A stretch of DNA of 64,000 nucleotides from Podarcis pityusensis (Eukaryota). This document shows positions 1-14,381 of the stretch, piece after piece; the first letter of the stretch is position 1; each line of letters begins with the position of its first letter. The notes under the pieces were generated by a model. It saw nothing but the letters and a program-made list of their open reading frames with translations. It was not told the origin of the DNA and did no database searches. Made by a program: the position numbers and the translations under genes. Where the stretch lies: the NCBI GenBank assembly GCA_964106645.2, contig OZ067038.1; one strand, written 5' to 3'.

Positions 1-552
1 GTGCATAGGACTGCAGCCTTAGCACATGTAAGAGCACATATTTAGAATTATACTAAGATTTGTGTTGAATACACACTTTGTCCCGATTGCATAGGGCTCT
101 CAGGAGTCCGCTTCAGATGTCCAGACTAAGCATGCAAGTACAAAAAGTGTATAAGGAGCCTGGGGCATGCATGCTGGTGCTGCCCCACAACATCCCCAGC
201 TCGTTGGTTCAAACCCCAGCCTTCCCACACTGAGCAGGAAGAAAAATCTTTTAAAGCCCCTTCAGGAAGCTCAACACAAGAAGGTTAAGAAGTAGAGCCA
301 GCTTGTGTGGGGACAATGTGGGTGGGGCCAGTGTGCATGCCTCTGCTCTGTACACGCTTTTTGCCCTGACCAGTTCAGGCTGAACACCAGAAAGAGGGCT
401 CCAGTGCTCCTACTTTCAGACACTGACCAGGTCCACACCCACTTACCTTTGCCTTTGGAACTAATGCAGTTTAAATGCCTTGGTTAGACTGCTTGGTATT
501 AGTTTTAGATACATCAAATCATGCGCTTACTGTTTAAATTTCCTGTTTTTAA

Positions 553-666
<114 letters not shown>

Positions 667-1142
667 TAAGGACTCTGCTTCACACTCTTGTGTTTTCACA
701 ACTGTTTTGAGAAAAGTATCTATTAACATTTTGTAGTAGTCTAGGGATCATTCACAAAAAGGTATGTATAACACTCTTTATCCTGTGCTCATGTTTTATG
801 AAGTGTAGGTCCAATTTTTATAAATAATAATTTCATCAGTATAGAACCATATTAATAATGAAAGCATAAACTCAGGGATATTTTAAAGTGCAATCCTAGT
901 CCTGTCTACTCAAAACTTAGTCCAATGAATTCAGTGGAGCTAACTCCAAGGGTAGTGGACTTAGAATTGCAGCCTAAGCAAGTTACCTACAAATAATTGA
1001 GATTGCCTGATTTTCTTGAGGGGGCTTTTGAGAGTTCTATGGGGGAAATGTAGCTACAGTACTGAGGAGCTAACATTGGAGACATTTTAAACCCCCCTTT
1101 GCTTTGCTTTTTCTCAGATATGGCTCAGTGTAGAAGGTTGTA

Positions 1143-1497
1143 CAGTGGTGCCTCGCAAGACGAAATTAATTCGTTCCGCGAGTTTTGTCGTCTTGCGATT
1201 TTTTTCGTCTTGCGAAGCACGGTGTCGGGAAAGTTTTGGAAAAGCTTCAAAAATCACCAAAGTCTTTAAAAACCTCAAAAAAGGCTACCACACCGCGTTC
1301 TATGAGTTGCTTCTCGAAGTCAAGTCGCAACTGTATTAACGGTGTTAAGAAAAAGGAAACAAACTTGCAAGACGTTTCCGTCTTGCGAAGCAAGCCCATA
1401 GGGAAAATCGTCTTGCGAAGCAGCTCAAAAAACAAAAAAACCTTTCGTCTAGCGAGTTTTTTGTCTTGCGAGGCATTCGTCTTGCGAGGTACCACTG
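1143..1497. mobile_element. Tc1/mariner (Tigger-like) MITE
   Basis: TIRs CAGTGGTGCCTCGCAAGACGAA / TTCGTCTTGCGAGGTACCACTG, TA on both flanks, about nine internal CGTCTTGCGA-like motifs. Confidence 0.9.
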
Positions 1498-1627
1498 TAC
1501 TCTGATTAAACGAATCCCTTGCTGCACTTGAAATGAATTATGAAAATTGGAAAAACTTCCATAAACATGCTTGATTTGCATATTTAAGTTGGATTGTATA
1601 AACTTGAATTTCCTTTGCCTAACTACA

Positions 1628-1940
1628 CTGCTTCCCCGAAAGTAAGACATCCCCCGAAAATAAGACCTACTTCCAGTTTTGCCTCTTGCTGTAATATAAG
1701 GCCTCCCCCGAATATAAGGCCTCCCCAATAATAAGGCCACCCCGGAATATAAGGCCCCCAAAGCTACTGTAAGGCTTTGTACCATATGCAGGTAATAAAT
1801 TTCCTTTTTTTTTTTTTCAACAATAAATGTGTACTGTATTCTTCTTCATGGAAAAATAAGACATTCCCTGAAAATAAGACCTAGCGCATCTTTGGGAGCA
1901 AAAATTAATATAAGACACTGTCTTATTTTCGGGGAAACAG
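1628..1940. mobile_element. Tc1/mariner-type (Tc2/pogo-like) MITE
   Basis: 22-bp TIRs ctgcttccccgaaagtaagaca / tgtcttattttcggggaaacag (2 mismatches); internal repeats of (A)ATAAGRC and CCCCGAA. Confidence 0.75.
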
Positions 1941-2035
1941 AAATTCAAGTGAAAGTTCTTAGGCTGATTTAGAAAAAATCATTTGGTTGACCTCAGTCTT
2001 ACATTGCTGAACTTTAAGTGAAAGCACTTTCCCAC

Positions 2036-2151
2036 ATATAAAACTTACTGACAAAGTGAGAAGTGAATGTTGAACACAATTGGAGCATTTCAAATATAAA
2101 ACTTACTGACAAAGTGAGAAGTGAATGTCGAACACAATTGGAGCATTTCAA
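2036..2151. repeat. 58-bp tandem duplication (2 copies)
   Basis: The unit starting atataaaacttactgacaaagtgag begins at 2036 and again at 2094; one mismatch. Confidence 0.95.
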
Positions 2152-2294
2152 TCTCTCCCACACAGGTAGAGCTGCAAGAACTGACACTATTTCAGCATTT
2201 ATATTCAAGCATCCTCTAGTGCTCTGATTAAGCATTACCATCTGACATGGCAAACAAATCAATGAACAGAAGATAGTGTTGCCCATCTTTTGTA

Positions 2295-2503
2295 CAGTGG
2301 TGCCTCGGGCTAAGAACTTAATTCGTTCTGGAGGTCCGTTCTTAACCTGAGGTACCACTTTAGCTAATGGGGCCTCCCGCTACTGCTGTGCCGCCGTGCT
2401 GCGATTTCTGTTCTCATCCTGAAGCAAAGTTCTTAACCCAAGGTACTATTTCTGGGTTAGCAGAGTCTGTAACCTGAAGCGTCTGTAACCTGAGGTACCA
2501 CTG
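2295..2503. mobile_element. Tigger-like MITE
   Basis: CAGTGGTGCCTCGGG ... CCTGAGGTACCACTG ends with TA flanks. Confidence 0.88.
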
Positions 2504-5090
2504 TATTTCAGTGTAATGTTTCGCACAAACATAACTTTCTTGCATTTCTGTTAACAGTATGGTCCTAGCCTTGCTTCCGTAGTTCCATAGGCCTATTCCC
2601 AGGTACATATAGGATTGTAGCCATGGTTCCATTTTTCAGAAAACAATTCTGTTTCTCTTGAGTAGTATGAAATGACAGGTCCCATTGTCTTGCTGAGTCC
2701 TCAGAACTCTTGAGAACTTAGAACATCTAAGATCCTATAATTAATTAAAGGCTAATCTTAGAAAGTACCTAAACTTTCTGCTGTCACGCTTCTTTCCCCC
2801 CTGTGGTTACAGGAGTTAGACACTTTTAAAAGGAACTGAAATTCTATTTTAGGGCATTTTAAATAGTATCTGATTTTTTAGAATACCAATTAGCTCTTAA
2901 AAGGTGCACAGGTTTCTGTGAGCTGCATGATATGAACACTTGGTTTAAATTTGATGATATGAAAAGATGTTTTGTATACTAGAACGAAGAAGCTTCTTTA
3001 TTTCTACTGTGTCGCTGATGCTGCTAAAAATAGAGTATAACACATGTAATATGTTATCTGAACAGTGGTTCCAGCTCATTCAGAGCCTTTCTTTCAACAT
3101 GGTAGTTTCAAATGCATGAATTATATAGAAAAGCATAAGGAACACTTGCTTGATTTTTAAAAATCAAAAAGTATCAAGTGCTGTGGCAGATTTCTACCTA
3201 TTAACCTTGTTTTAAGAGCTCATGTGTTTTAAGAAAAATGCTAGTACATGCTTCACTTATGGGTGCTACATAATTCAGCTTCTGAGACCTGTGTAACACT
3301 ATTTTCCAAATATGAATTAAACATCTAGATAATATAAAATCAAAAACATATAGAAGGAAAAGATGAAGAAAGGCTTTCTTTCTTGACTAGCTAGTGTCTA
3401 GAGAAGTCTCATATATAATTCTTCGTTGTTGCTGTATCCATCATTTTTCTTACCTTTGCAGCATTGTTTCTGGTTGTAGTTAATCATAGCCATTCTGCTA
3501 GCAATTGATTTTCCCTTGCAAATACAGAATTGGAATTTATGGATCTAGAATTTGAGATTAAGTAGTACTTTAGTACAATATTTGCATGATAAATGCGCCT
3601 GAATTATGCCTTGGGCATAAATCAGATTCTCTTGCAATTTATTGTATGATTTTACATTGACCAAGTGGGTAGACAATACATATTTGAGTTTCTCTCTTGC
3701 AGCAAAGCTGTCTGTTAGCTCAGTGCCTGCTCACAATTTTGAGGGCAGATCTATATGTCAGATATTATTAAAATCATTTCTTGTAGCAAAAAATGGGTCA
3801 GCTAAAGGGAATAATTTACTTGTCTGAGGATGCAGAGATTTTGCAGAATTTGGAAATGCTGTTTTTCTCTTACATTGAGTTTCTTCAGACAGTTATTTAG
3901 AATATTGGAGGTGGTAAAAATATTCAAAAATCTATTCAGTTCTGCTGATTAGTTTAGCTAAAAATATTCCACATTCAGAGTTTTAAAAACTACACCATGG
4001 GTTGATAACAATCAAGGTGTGGGGGCTTATTTTAAGTATTTTGTAGTGCCAAACGTTTCTGCAATTTTGGGAAGGTTAACAGCACAATCTTATGTGTGTC
4101 TACTTGGAAGTAAACCCCACTGTTTAGGATTGCAGCCTAAGTGCTAAAAATAAAATAAATATGAAACTAATTGAGCCTCTATTAAAATATTTGACAGGGT
4201 GATTTATGTTGTTACCATTATTTGAATAACTTCTGAGGTCATACACTGTACTGAAGATTTTATCCTATGTGGAAATCTAGTGTGTGTGCTGGAGGCCTCT
4301 TAAGTTCAAGAGGCACTGTCTTATTATGCTCATCAGCTTTCTGCTTCTATTTTATGACTTCTACCTACTTGATCGGTGAGCACCTCACATCTCAAACTGA
4401 ATGTTAATTACTCTAGTAGGCCCATAATGGGAATGAGAACTTGGTTTGCCCATACCACCACCCTAGCATAAATCATGAGCAAAATTCTTAAATGGGAAAT
4501 TTATTACTTTATTACATGTCAAAATGTACATTAATAACACTTGGAAAAACTCAACTTCTTTTTGAATGTGTTGCTACATCAGAGGGTCAACTGCCCAGCC
4601 ATTGCTAATCTTAGCTCATCAGTCTCCATTGAAAGCCCCAATGGAACAGAAACAAATGCTGACGTAAAAGGTCAGGTTAGACACCAGAGAAGCTGTATCT
4701 TTTAAGGTAGAGGATAGATAGCAAAGCCTGAACTTGGAGTTAACTGGCCACTAATAAGAAAGAACCTGTCTAAAACAGTCACCAAACCTACTGTCCCCTC
4801 ACTGATCATTTATCACATTCATTAGAGCAGCATAGGGAAACCTCTGGCCCACCGGCATACTAATCCTGCCAGACCTCCCCATTTGGCTGGTAAGGTGATG
4901 CAGGGGGCACACATTCACCTGTCCATCATGATTGGTGAAGGTACAGAGCCAAATTCCAGAGGTAGAACTGGGAGTGAACTGTAAGTTTCTAGCCAATTCT
5001 TCCTTTCCAGCCTCTGCTTCAATTTGGTACTTCTTGAATTTGGCACCTTTGTTGCCCTGCCTAGCTGCAGAAAAAGGAACCACCACCCCC

Positions 5091-5091
<1 letters not shown>

Positions 5092-5135
<44 letters not shown>
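5092..5135. repeat. (GT)n microsatellite
   Basis: Read directly. Confidence 0.97.
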
Positions 5136-5137
<2 letters not shown>

Positions 5138-6424
5138 TTAAAGTGCTTGAGATTAAAAATTGGGAGTGATCCCAATTCTTTCTTTGTAGCTGCAAATAAT
5201 TGTGAATGTCATATGATGCCAGGTTAAAGATGGCTCCCAGTACTAGGCTAGGAGGACCAATAGCCTGACTTAGACTAGCCATGCCTACTTCATGGCCTTT
5301 TACCAAACTGCTTTTGTTCCTCCAGTCCTGCTGCTACTGCAGCGTTCGAAATACATGTGTGTAGGAAGACTTTATATTGGACCTACAGAATATGTCAAAA
5401 TGGACATCTGTTGTTTGAGAGTGCTTCCAAAGCCTTCCGGTGTTTGCTAACTTCTTTGCTGAAGGAGACATTTGGGTATAAGGTGATTCATAAAAAGTAG
5501 TAGTAGTAGTAGTAGTAGTAACGACGACAAATAATACTTAGATCAGGGTGGACCATCTGCTGTAATCCTGCTTCCCCTACTATGCATATTCACTCATCCT
5601 GGGTTTGTGGTGAAAACAGCACTTATTGTATGGATGGGAGAGAGGAAAGTTAGAAAGGGCTCCTGTAGATTGCTAGAAGCCAGAAGTGTTTGTGATGGGG
5701 AGCACAGTGAATCGCAAAGCACAGGCATGGTGTAAAAGTAAGCTAATACTAGATGTGTTTTCAGGTAATGGTTTGTTTATATGTCTTTGGGAGAACGAAA
5801 CTCCTTCAGGAGCCCAATACCGGCAGAAACGGTGTTCTGTGCATTTGATGCTTTGTTACAAGACTAACATAAACTAGTCCACAGACATACAAGCTTGTGG
5901 GTTTCCCGCCTACCCTCCAGGCTTTTTGTTTTCTTGGAACATAAGGGGGGAAAGTCTGTGGCTAGGTAGACCTTAATTAAGAGACAGATGGCTGAGATTT
6001 CATCTTAGGGATCCAATAACTGTTCTTAAAGAGAAACTCAAGGCAGGCAGGCTGGCTATGATGGAAGTTGTGTACTTTTCAGGCACACTTTTACATCTGC
6101 TTCTTTAATGGGCAAATAATAAAGTTAAGCCTGTCACATTCAGTATTGTTAAAATGTGTTTATAGTCATAATGAATTAAAAAACTAAAAACTAGCAGATT
6201 ATCAAAGTGAAACTTAGAGAACAGTAACTTGAGTACAGCAGCAGTCTTGTAAATGGCTCTGAGGATAGCATTTTCTAAAATCAAGCCGTATATAAATGTT
6301 ATGAAATGAAAAATAAATAGCAATCCTATTCGTCTGATCCTTGGGGAGTGGGGGTTCAGCCCCCTACCACAGTCAATCATCTTGCTTCTATGGACTATAT
6401 TTTAATATTTTTAGAATATTTTGA

Positions 6425-6694
<270 letters not shown>

Positions 6695-7002
6695 ATAGCA
6701 GAAAGGATGTATTATACTACATACATATGGACCAGCGTGCTGCTAGAACTCCTCAAACTAAGCTGCAGGGGGTTACAAATGCAGATCATCATGTCCAGTG
6801 AAGGATTTCACTCTCTGGGCATGCTATAGGCTCTAGCCACTAACCTCTTGAAAAGAAATTACTGAAAGATGAAATCCACTTACACACAGTTGGGGACTGT
6901 AGATTTAATTAAAACAGGGATGGAAGTTCATCAGAATCTCATGGGTTGTGGAGAATTGTGATTTTTTTAAAAACTGTACTTTGTGCTACTGGCAACAGTT
7001 TT

Positions 7003-7008
7003 AATAAA
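7003..7008 (+). terminator. POLR2L: Probable POLR2L polyadenylation signal
   Basis: AATAAA about 310 nt after the stop, with upstream TGTA and a downstream GT/T-rich tract (ttgtgattttgt). Confidence 0.75.
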
Positions 7009-8186
7009 GGTTGTCGTTATAGCCACATTGTGATTTTGTAAGGATTGTCCTTCATCTCATCCTGTGGTGCTCCTCTTACTCTATCAAGACTCTCATACAA
7101 GAAACTAAAGAGAACTGACTGCATGCTAACCTATTTCACTTGTTCACTCCTGGACTTCCTATCATTTTAGGGGTGGGGTGGAAATAACCTCTCTGGTGTT
7201 GATCCACACTATTACATTATATGAAGTTATCTTAAAGACGTGAGATCCAGTTGAGTGACAAGTACCATGACTTGTGATATGAAAAAGTAATAAAAATGGA
7301 GGATGGATTTTGTTTGCTTAGAAAAGCCAGCCTGTGGGTTTAAGGGGGGGGGCATTATCCATCAAACTCAATCTCTTGCATTCAGACTGAGGGAACATCT
7401 TCTAAGCTACCAGTGTATATTGCTGGCACAATCTTCTTTCTTCCATTTCTCTCGCATGTCACATTGCAAAACTGGCAGTCCATTTTCCAGAACTGTGGTG
7501 TAAGCTCCAGTTAAAGAGGAGGTGAGCAGAATCAGTAATACAGGGCAGGTGAAAGGCCTGTTTTCTTGTCTGTGCAAAATAAAAGGTTTTGCTTCTACCT
7601 GTTTTGTATGTTCCATAATCAGTGCAGAGCCAGCTGTTCATTAGGCACATAAAGTTGGAAAATAAATACTTGGATGCTGATCATCTCTTTGACACAGCTG
7701 TTAAAACAGAGGAAAGGAACTTTGCTTTCCTTTTATTTAGCAAGATGCAAAGTTTGTAACCTCACCACCATTGCACAAACACTGTAAATTTGAAATCTTG
7801 CCTTCATATCAGTGCCAGGCTATCTCCTAAAGCCATTGATAAAGTCTCCTTAGTTTCATTTAAAAAAAAATACTACAGTTACAGGAAAGTAGGCCTGCTT
7901 TTCCACACGCATCTCAGAAATTACTGGTGCAGATTGTTCTGAGATTTTGCATACCCATTTGTTTTTCATTGTCTTTCATTTAATAATAAAAGCAACCTGC
8001 ATGCTTGAGAAAGAAAATGCATCTATAAAGCACACTGGAGTCCTAGAAATTAAGAGTCCCGCCAATACAGAAATGTTGATGAAGTCTGGGTAGTGTGTGA
8101 ATGGGAGACCACCACCCAATCCAATCCCATGTATGCTGCTTACAGTTTTTCTGAAGAACAAAGGTGAGTATAAATAAAATAAAATA

Positions 8187-8222
8187 AATGAATGAATGAA
8201 TGAATGAATGAATGAATGAATG
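8187..8222. repeat. (AATG)9 microsatellite
   Basis: Read directly. Confidence 0.95.
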
Positions 8223-11200
8223 CTGCAGAATAGTCCTTGGGCTTGGTGCCCAAAAAGTTTTGACAGAATTTTGCTGTTTCTCCACATGCATGGTTTGGTC
8301 CCTAGTAAATAAGTGAATTTTTTACACATGGGGTTAAGGAGCACTGTAGAGAAGACAAACTATGGATATTTATTTAGTTACTGAGACAGCTAGCTGTGCA
8401 CAGCGTCTTCCTTATAGAGGTCCACTTTTGCCAAGACTGCTTTAATTGAGTTTTATTAATTTGCTTTCCCTTTTTGGAAACCCCTCAGATCTGGGAACAT
8501 TATTAAGCTCCTAGCCATTATTATTCTCATCAGTTCTGTGAATCTTTACAAGTTAAGCTTCCTTTTTCATTTATTACTGGGATGCAGGAGATTGCTCTTC
8601 TTTTTCCCCCAGCATTCAGCAGTTCCTCATTTAAAAGTGCTCTGTTGTATTTTAAACCACATACTTTATCCTAATGCAAAGGGCATTAAGTGATTAATTC
8701 TGGCATTTGTGTTTCACAGTTGGTTGGAGAGCTTATGTTTTGTACGCCTGCCACATTATCTAGGAAAATGCCTGGAAAAACAACATTCTGTTTTAGGCTA
8801 CATGGTTCTGGAGTGCATAAGTTACCCATCCAAAGTTGTGTCTTTAGGGAACAAGGTTGTGTTAGCGTCTGGGTGCCGGGTCAGATGAAGCAAGAAGCTT
8901 TTATATGAGTTTCACCCCTGCATTATCTGACTCTAGCAGATGTGCCGGTTTTATCCTTGATCATTTTACAGCCCAGTTCTATGTCGCTCGTAATTTTGCC
9001 ACCACTGAGTAAGAGCTTGAACCTTCCCAAGATGGTTGGTATCATGCCTATGCAGATACACAACACAAGAGGGCACCATTGGTGCAACTGCAAACTATTG
9101 TCATGGCTACCAGACCCATTTTGTCCCTAGGCTGATGAGTAGGATTTCGAAGGGTGGGCAAAAGAGATAACAAGCTAATTGCAGTGAGGTGGGAAGCAAG
9201 CTCTAGCAATACAGAGGAGGAAGGGGGAGAGAAAGAAGAGTCCAGTCATGGAGAAAGGGTGTGGGATTGAATATGAGTATTTGTGAAGGTTGGTTATTGC
9301 CATAAGCAATTGGAGGGGGGGAAGAATTCTCTCAACCCAAACCTGGGGAAAACTTTAAAAAGCCATACAACAGAAAGCAAGTACAGTAGTCTGAAAAAGG
9401 ATCCCTTAGCCTCGTTGGCATGTGCCACGACAAGCTTTCTCTGGAGCTGGGGGAGAGGGGAGACTAAAGCTTAAGGAGTCCTCCTGGCAAGAGATAAAAT
9501 TTATCAGAGCACATGCAGAAAACAAATTTGCAGAAAACAAAAGGCAGAGAGAGGCTTTTGAAAGTGAGCAGCTGACAACAATAGGTCATCCTCTTCACTG
9601 GCATTCAAATCTGTCCTGCAGTCAATAAAACTAAAACAGTTTTATATGGACAGAAGGGAATTGGGCCCCATGTGGCGAAATGGATTTTTCCACCTATGTT
9701 TGAGGACTGTAAAATCAACACGTTTAATAGTATGCACTTGAGAAATGAAGTGTGATGGGTCCTTAAATGTTCAGTCACAGTTTCTTTGCTACTGAGATGA
9801 GAATTTGACCCTCTTCGTTTTAAATATGTAAATAGGAAGTGAAAAATGCTTCCATTCTGGCAATTAAGCTCTGGAAGTAATTAGCGCAGAGGACGTGCCC
9901 TGGTTTCTTTTTAAAGGTACACAAAGATTGTCAGTGGGTATGTGCTGCAGCTGTTTGTTTACCAACTTCTATGTGGTCTATTACTTTCACATGTAACACA
10001 GTAAAAAATAAATCAGATTAAATCATTTCCCCACTATAAGAGATTTGTATTTTAGTACTGTATAGGCTTCAATAGGAAGATGCTTATCTTTCATCCAGTG
10101 AATGTAGTCCCGTTGTGTTAACCAAAATTTTACCTACCTCTTAAAAGGAGAAACTTAACTGTTCATGTGTATGCAAAGAGGTATGTGTTCATATAACCAC
10201 TAAAGGCAGGTTCACATCTGTACATCATGCACACTCATTCTAGTCCCTGTAACACATGACCACCAAACTGGTCTTTTTTCTTATTCTACTGCACATACAC
10301 TCCACAGGGACCCAGGGCTCCCTAGAGCAGATGTTGTTGGTCAGACCTACAACTTCCACTGTCTTTGATCTTTGGCCATGCTGGCTGGGGATGTTGGGAG
10401 CTGGAGTCCAATGACCACAGGTTTGGCATCCCTGTCCTATAGTATGTGCACAGAGAGGGGAGCAAGTACAGCTCTTGCAAGTTTCAGGCAATATGCAGTT
10501 TACCAGTGTGCATCCCATTTTCCACGTCAAGCAGCCACAAGAGTATTTTCAGACTAAGGAAATCATGCTCCAGTGCAGAGCATGATAAACGTTTTGGCAG
10601 TCTATCAGGGGAAGGAGTTCCATAGCTTGGCAAACAGCAAAAGGAAATGCCTCTGAGTGCCTTGACTGAATGGCCTTGGGCAAATCACTCTAGCCTTCTG
10701 GTCAGGCCTGCAGGCTTAAAGTGGGAAGGAGGTATGCATGAAAGCCCTGCTGCTCCACATTCACTTCAGACCTCCATGTATTCCTTGCGAAGTTCTGAAG
10801 GGATTCATAAATGCATTCAGGTGAATGTGCTTAGACTCCTACCTGGAGTCAGGAAGCCTTCATTATTGGGGTTGCCAGTAACAGGGAGGATTATAAACAT
10901 GGTCACATGAGCATGCTTAGAATTCTTCTCCAGACCTTCATGCTAAGCATAGGAATGCCTGAAGGGGAGCAGATGAAGCCCATAGTCAACCACAGCAACC
11001 ATTTTTATCTGAGTGCCATTTCAAGGGGGGGGGGTTGTTATTGGGACGAGACCAAAATTCCCCATGTGGCCTACCAACACACAGTCGTTGCTTGTCACCA
11101 TATCCCTTCCCACTTACTGAATTGGGAGAAGGCAAGGAGGGAGAGCAGAGCACAGTAGGGAGAAAAGGAGGCTCCTCACTAGAAGAAAGAGAAAAGCCAA

Positions 11201-12803
11201 AAAATAAAGAAGGGTTTCCCACTCAAGGTCTCCCACTTAGCTTCTTCAAGGCACATGGTGAGGAGGTGGTAGCAGGGCAGAAATGATTGGGTGGGGAAGC
11301 AACCCTCTTCATGGGTTTGATGCAGCCCATGAACTGAGTGTTGCCAATTCCAGCGAGTACAGACACGTGGAACTATCCGATGAGTTATCTGCATAAAAAT
11401 TAGCCCTAGAAAATATTAGAAAACCAGTGCAGACAGTGGAGTGTCTTGCTACAATGTGATCCTTTTTGCCCATTTCCATTTATAACATTTTATTAATGTT
11501 CCAACAGCTAAAAAAAAAAAAATCACTTAAACTTAAGGACTTACAACTTAGGAGTGAGGGTGAGAATGATGGGTTTGGGATGGGGGCAGGAAATTACCTA
11601 CATACAATGAAGTAGATAATATTTTATCAAACATATTTTTCCAGCTGCTTGTCAGGCATATTCCACAGTATAAGCTTGTCTTTCCTACCTTCTTTGTTAT
11701 CTGATCAGCCACACTTTTTTGTGTGAGTGCTGCCTATATAAAATATTACTCTTCTCTGTAATATCAAGGAAACTATGACAAGCATTTCATGGGATCTGCT
11801 TTTCTTCCTGGAAGACAGACAGGCATTGCCTTCTGCAGTACAGAATTAGAATTTGCTGAGCTTTCTCTCTCCCTCACTCACTCTCTCTTCTCCCACACCC
11901 CAAACAAAGAAAAGAATTTGCTGAGCCTGAATGTATGGGGCTGCATATATACATTTTAATTTTTTAAAAAATATAAATCATTTCTCAAAGACCAATATAG
12001 ATATTTTCATTGGATATCACAGTGGTTAGAAAAGAGTTGAAAGATGTGAGTAAATGAATTTTTGATTGAAAACCTGTGCCTCTCTCAACATGTTGAATAA
12101 GGAAAATATGATTATGCTTTCTCCCATCTATTAAAAGTTATCAGATATTTAGGACAGACAGTCTTGGGGTGTTTTCAGATGCTACACTTGCCCAGTGATA
12201 AGGCACCCACAAAGCATAATAGGTGAATACAGATTACTGTTTACCATAATGTGATAACTTAGCGCAGAATTAAATATTACAAAGCTGCAGTTGGAAATGG
12301 CAGCCTGGTGTTCAGTCTCCCCCTCCATTATGTGTAGTGCAACTAGGCCCTTTCCCGATTCCATTTTACAGTGTGCTTTCCTGCTCACATTTCATATAGA
12401 ATCATAGCTGGAAAGGACCATGAGGATAAGCTAGTCCAACCCTTGCAGTGCACAACTCTTTCATCCAACGTGGGGCTTAAACACACGGCCCCGAGATTCT
12501 GAGTCTTATGATATATTATATATATCTTCTGCTCACAGCTGCTGCCTCACACTTCTTAATATTTAGATGCTAGTTATCTACATACAGCAGCTGAAAAGGT
12601 AAATCTGTTTCCTTACATTTCCCCACTTCATATCACGACTGGGGGCTTCCATTACGGAATGCTCCTAAGTAAAGTGTATTATACACAGAAATGCACCCTT
12701 CCATGGAGAATGCTAGAAGTGTTCAGTCAGGTGAGCCCCCACTTGCAACCTGAAGGGATACAGTTAACACAAACGATGGGTGGACTAAGGAAAGATATAC
12801 ATA

Positions 12804-12944
12804 CAGTGCTTTTTTCTGGGGGACACAGGTACGCATACCCCTAAACATTTTGTGAATTTAAGTTTGGCTTCATTGAGTGGCAGTATTTCAATATGTGTAG
12901 GAAAATGAGACTACCCCTAAACATTTTTTCAGAGAAAAGCACTG
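12804..12944. mobile_element. Non-autonomous DNA transposon (probably hAT) followed by (CA)n to 12982
   Basis: TIRs CAGTGCTTTT / AAAAGCACTG. The TSD is obscured by the microsatellite. Confidence 0.7.
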
Positions 12945-12985
<41 letters not shown>

Positions 12986-13804
12986 TTAACTCACAGTGCT
13001 GTTGCAGGAGCAGTATGGCCTCTATGAACACAGGAAGTCCTTTTAAAAGTATTCCTAATACTGTACAGTTCTTAACAGGAGTGCCATTTCTGCAGAAATG
13101 CTGTACAAAACAACTCCTTATGGCAGTACCTAGATAAAGCATCCCTTCTAACATGTTAGGATTTACAAGCTTTGTACTCTAAAGGTGCTCTCTGACCTGC
13201 TGTTGGCAACCCACAGTAAAACAATCCAAGCTGCCTCCTGACACGTGCTTTCCTGAGCGCATTAGCAATATAATCCAAGCAGTCCTTTTGACACCTGCTC
13301 CCACCCCTCTGATGTGCATCAAGGAAAGTGCAAGGCAGTAATGACCATGTTGAACTTCTTCCACCCATCCCCTGATGCTTGTCAACAGAAGGTCAAGAGA
13401 TGCTTAGATTATATGAGGGAAATGCTCAAGGGAACACCCCACTGCTAACAAGATGTGTAAGAACGCGACAGCAACTGAAAGGCAAGAATCAAATTCCCGC
13501 AGTTTCTTAGCCTAGATACCTTGGAGGGTTTAGAAACAGATGTGTTCTTTACAATCAAGCATCCCGAAGACCTGAGATATACTAACCAGTGGGTGACTAG
13601 CTTCGTAAAGGCTTTGGGACACTCCTCCTTGCCTTCAGGGCTCTCTTCCAGATGCCCAGTCTTTGCCTAAAAACACATCACAGTTCCAAGTAATACCCAA
13701 AAGCATTTCAGCTAAAAATCTGATCCAATGGAAAATCTAATTTCACAACCAATTCTATATCTGAAATAAGATAAAATATATGAGCTAGAGCTTCCTGGAA
13801 AACT

Positions 13805-14380
13805 TCTTGTGGCACTTTAAAGACTAGCACAGTCTACTTCATCAGTTGCATGAAGTGTTATTCTGAGTTGCAGCTACAGATATACATGGTTGGATGAGGA
13901 GGGAGGGGAAATTGTAAACAGTGAGTTTAGAAAGAAAGAATAGTACAGGCAGTGATCATTACCTCATTAACATTCACCAATAAACAAAGTAGTTGGTAAG
14001 CCAGTTAATGCATGTAGTGGACTAAAAATTGGTCCACATTTTATAGCACTGAATTGCCTGGTGTATTGTAATTCAAGGGTTTCACAGTGCAGATGCCCTA
14101 TGAAATTGCTTTATTCAAGGATGGACATCTAAAGGTCATAGTGGACTGGGAGGCTGAAATGTTTCCTCCACTGGCTTCTCTGTATTACCAGATATGTGTC
14201 TTTTCTTTTCTTTTCTTTTTTCTTTTTTGTAGAAACTGTTCTGTTTGTCCTATGCAGTAGGACACTGTTGTCAGATTTTGGCAGTGTCCAATTGTAAGTT
14301 GAACAGCTACATGAACATCTGAGGATTATTAGCCAAGCATAGCAACTCATGCAATCTTCCACTTACTCCAACATATACAT
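13805..14380 (-). mobile_element. Decayed Penelope-like retroelement 3' part (GIY-YIG remnant and terminal repeat)
   Basis: Minus strand caacagtgtcctactgcataggacaaacag resembles QQCP..YIGQTG, and agccagtggaggaaacatttcagcctccca resembles KPV..HF.LP. The 3' end reads ctgatgaagtagact...tagtctttaaagtgccacaag. Confidence 0.65.
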
Positions 14381-14381
14381 A

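Noticed and set aside
1143-1940. Short interspersed repeats that superficially resemble a CRISPR array or iterons
   Set aside because: They are irregularly spaced internal motifs of TIR-bounded MITEs in a eukaryotic intron, and there are no cas genes.
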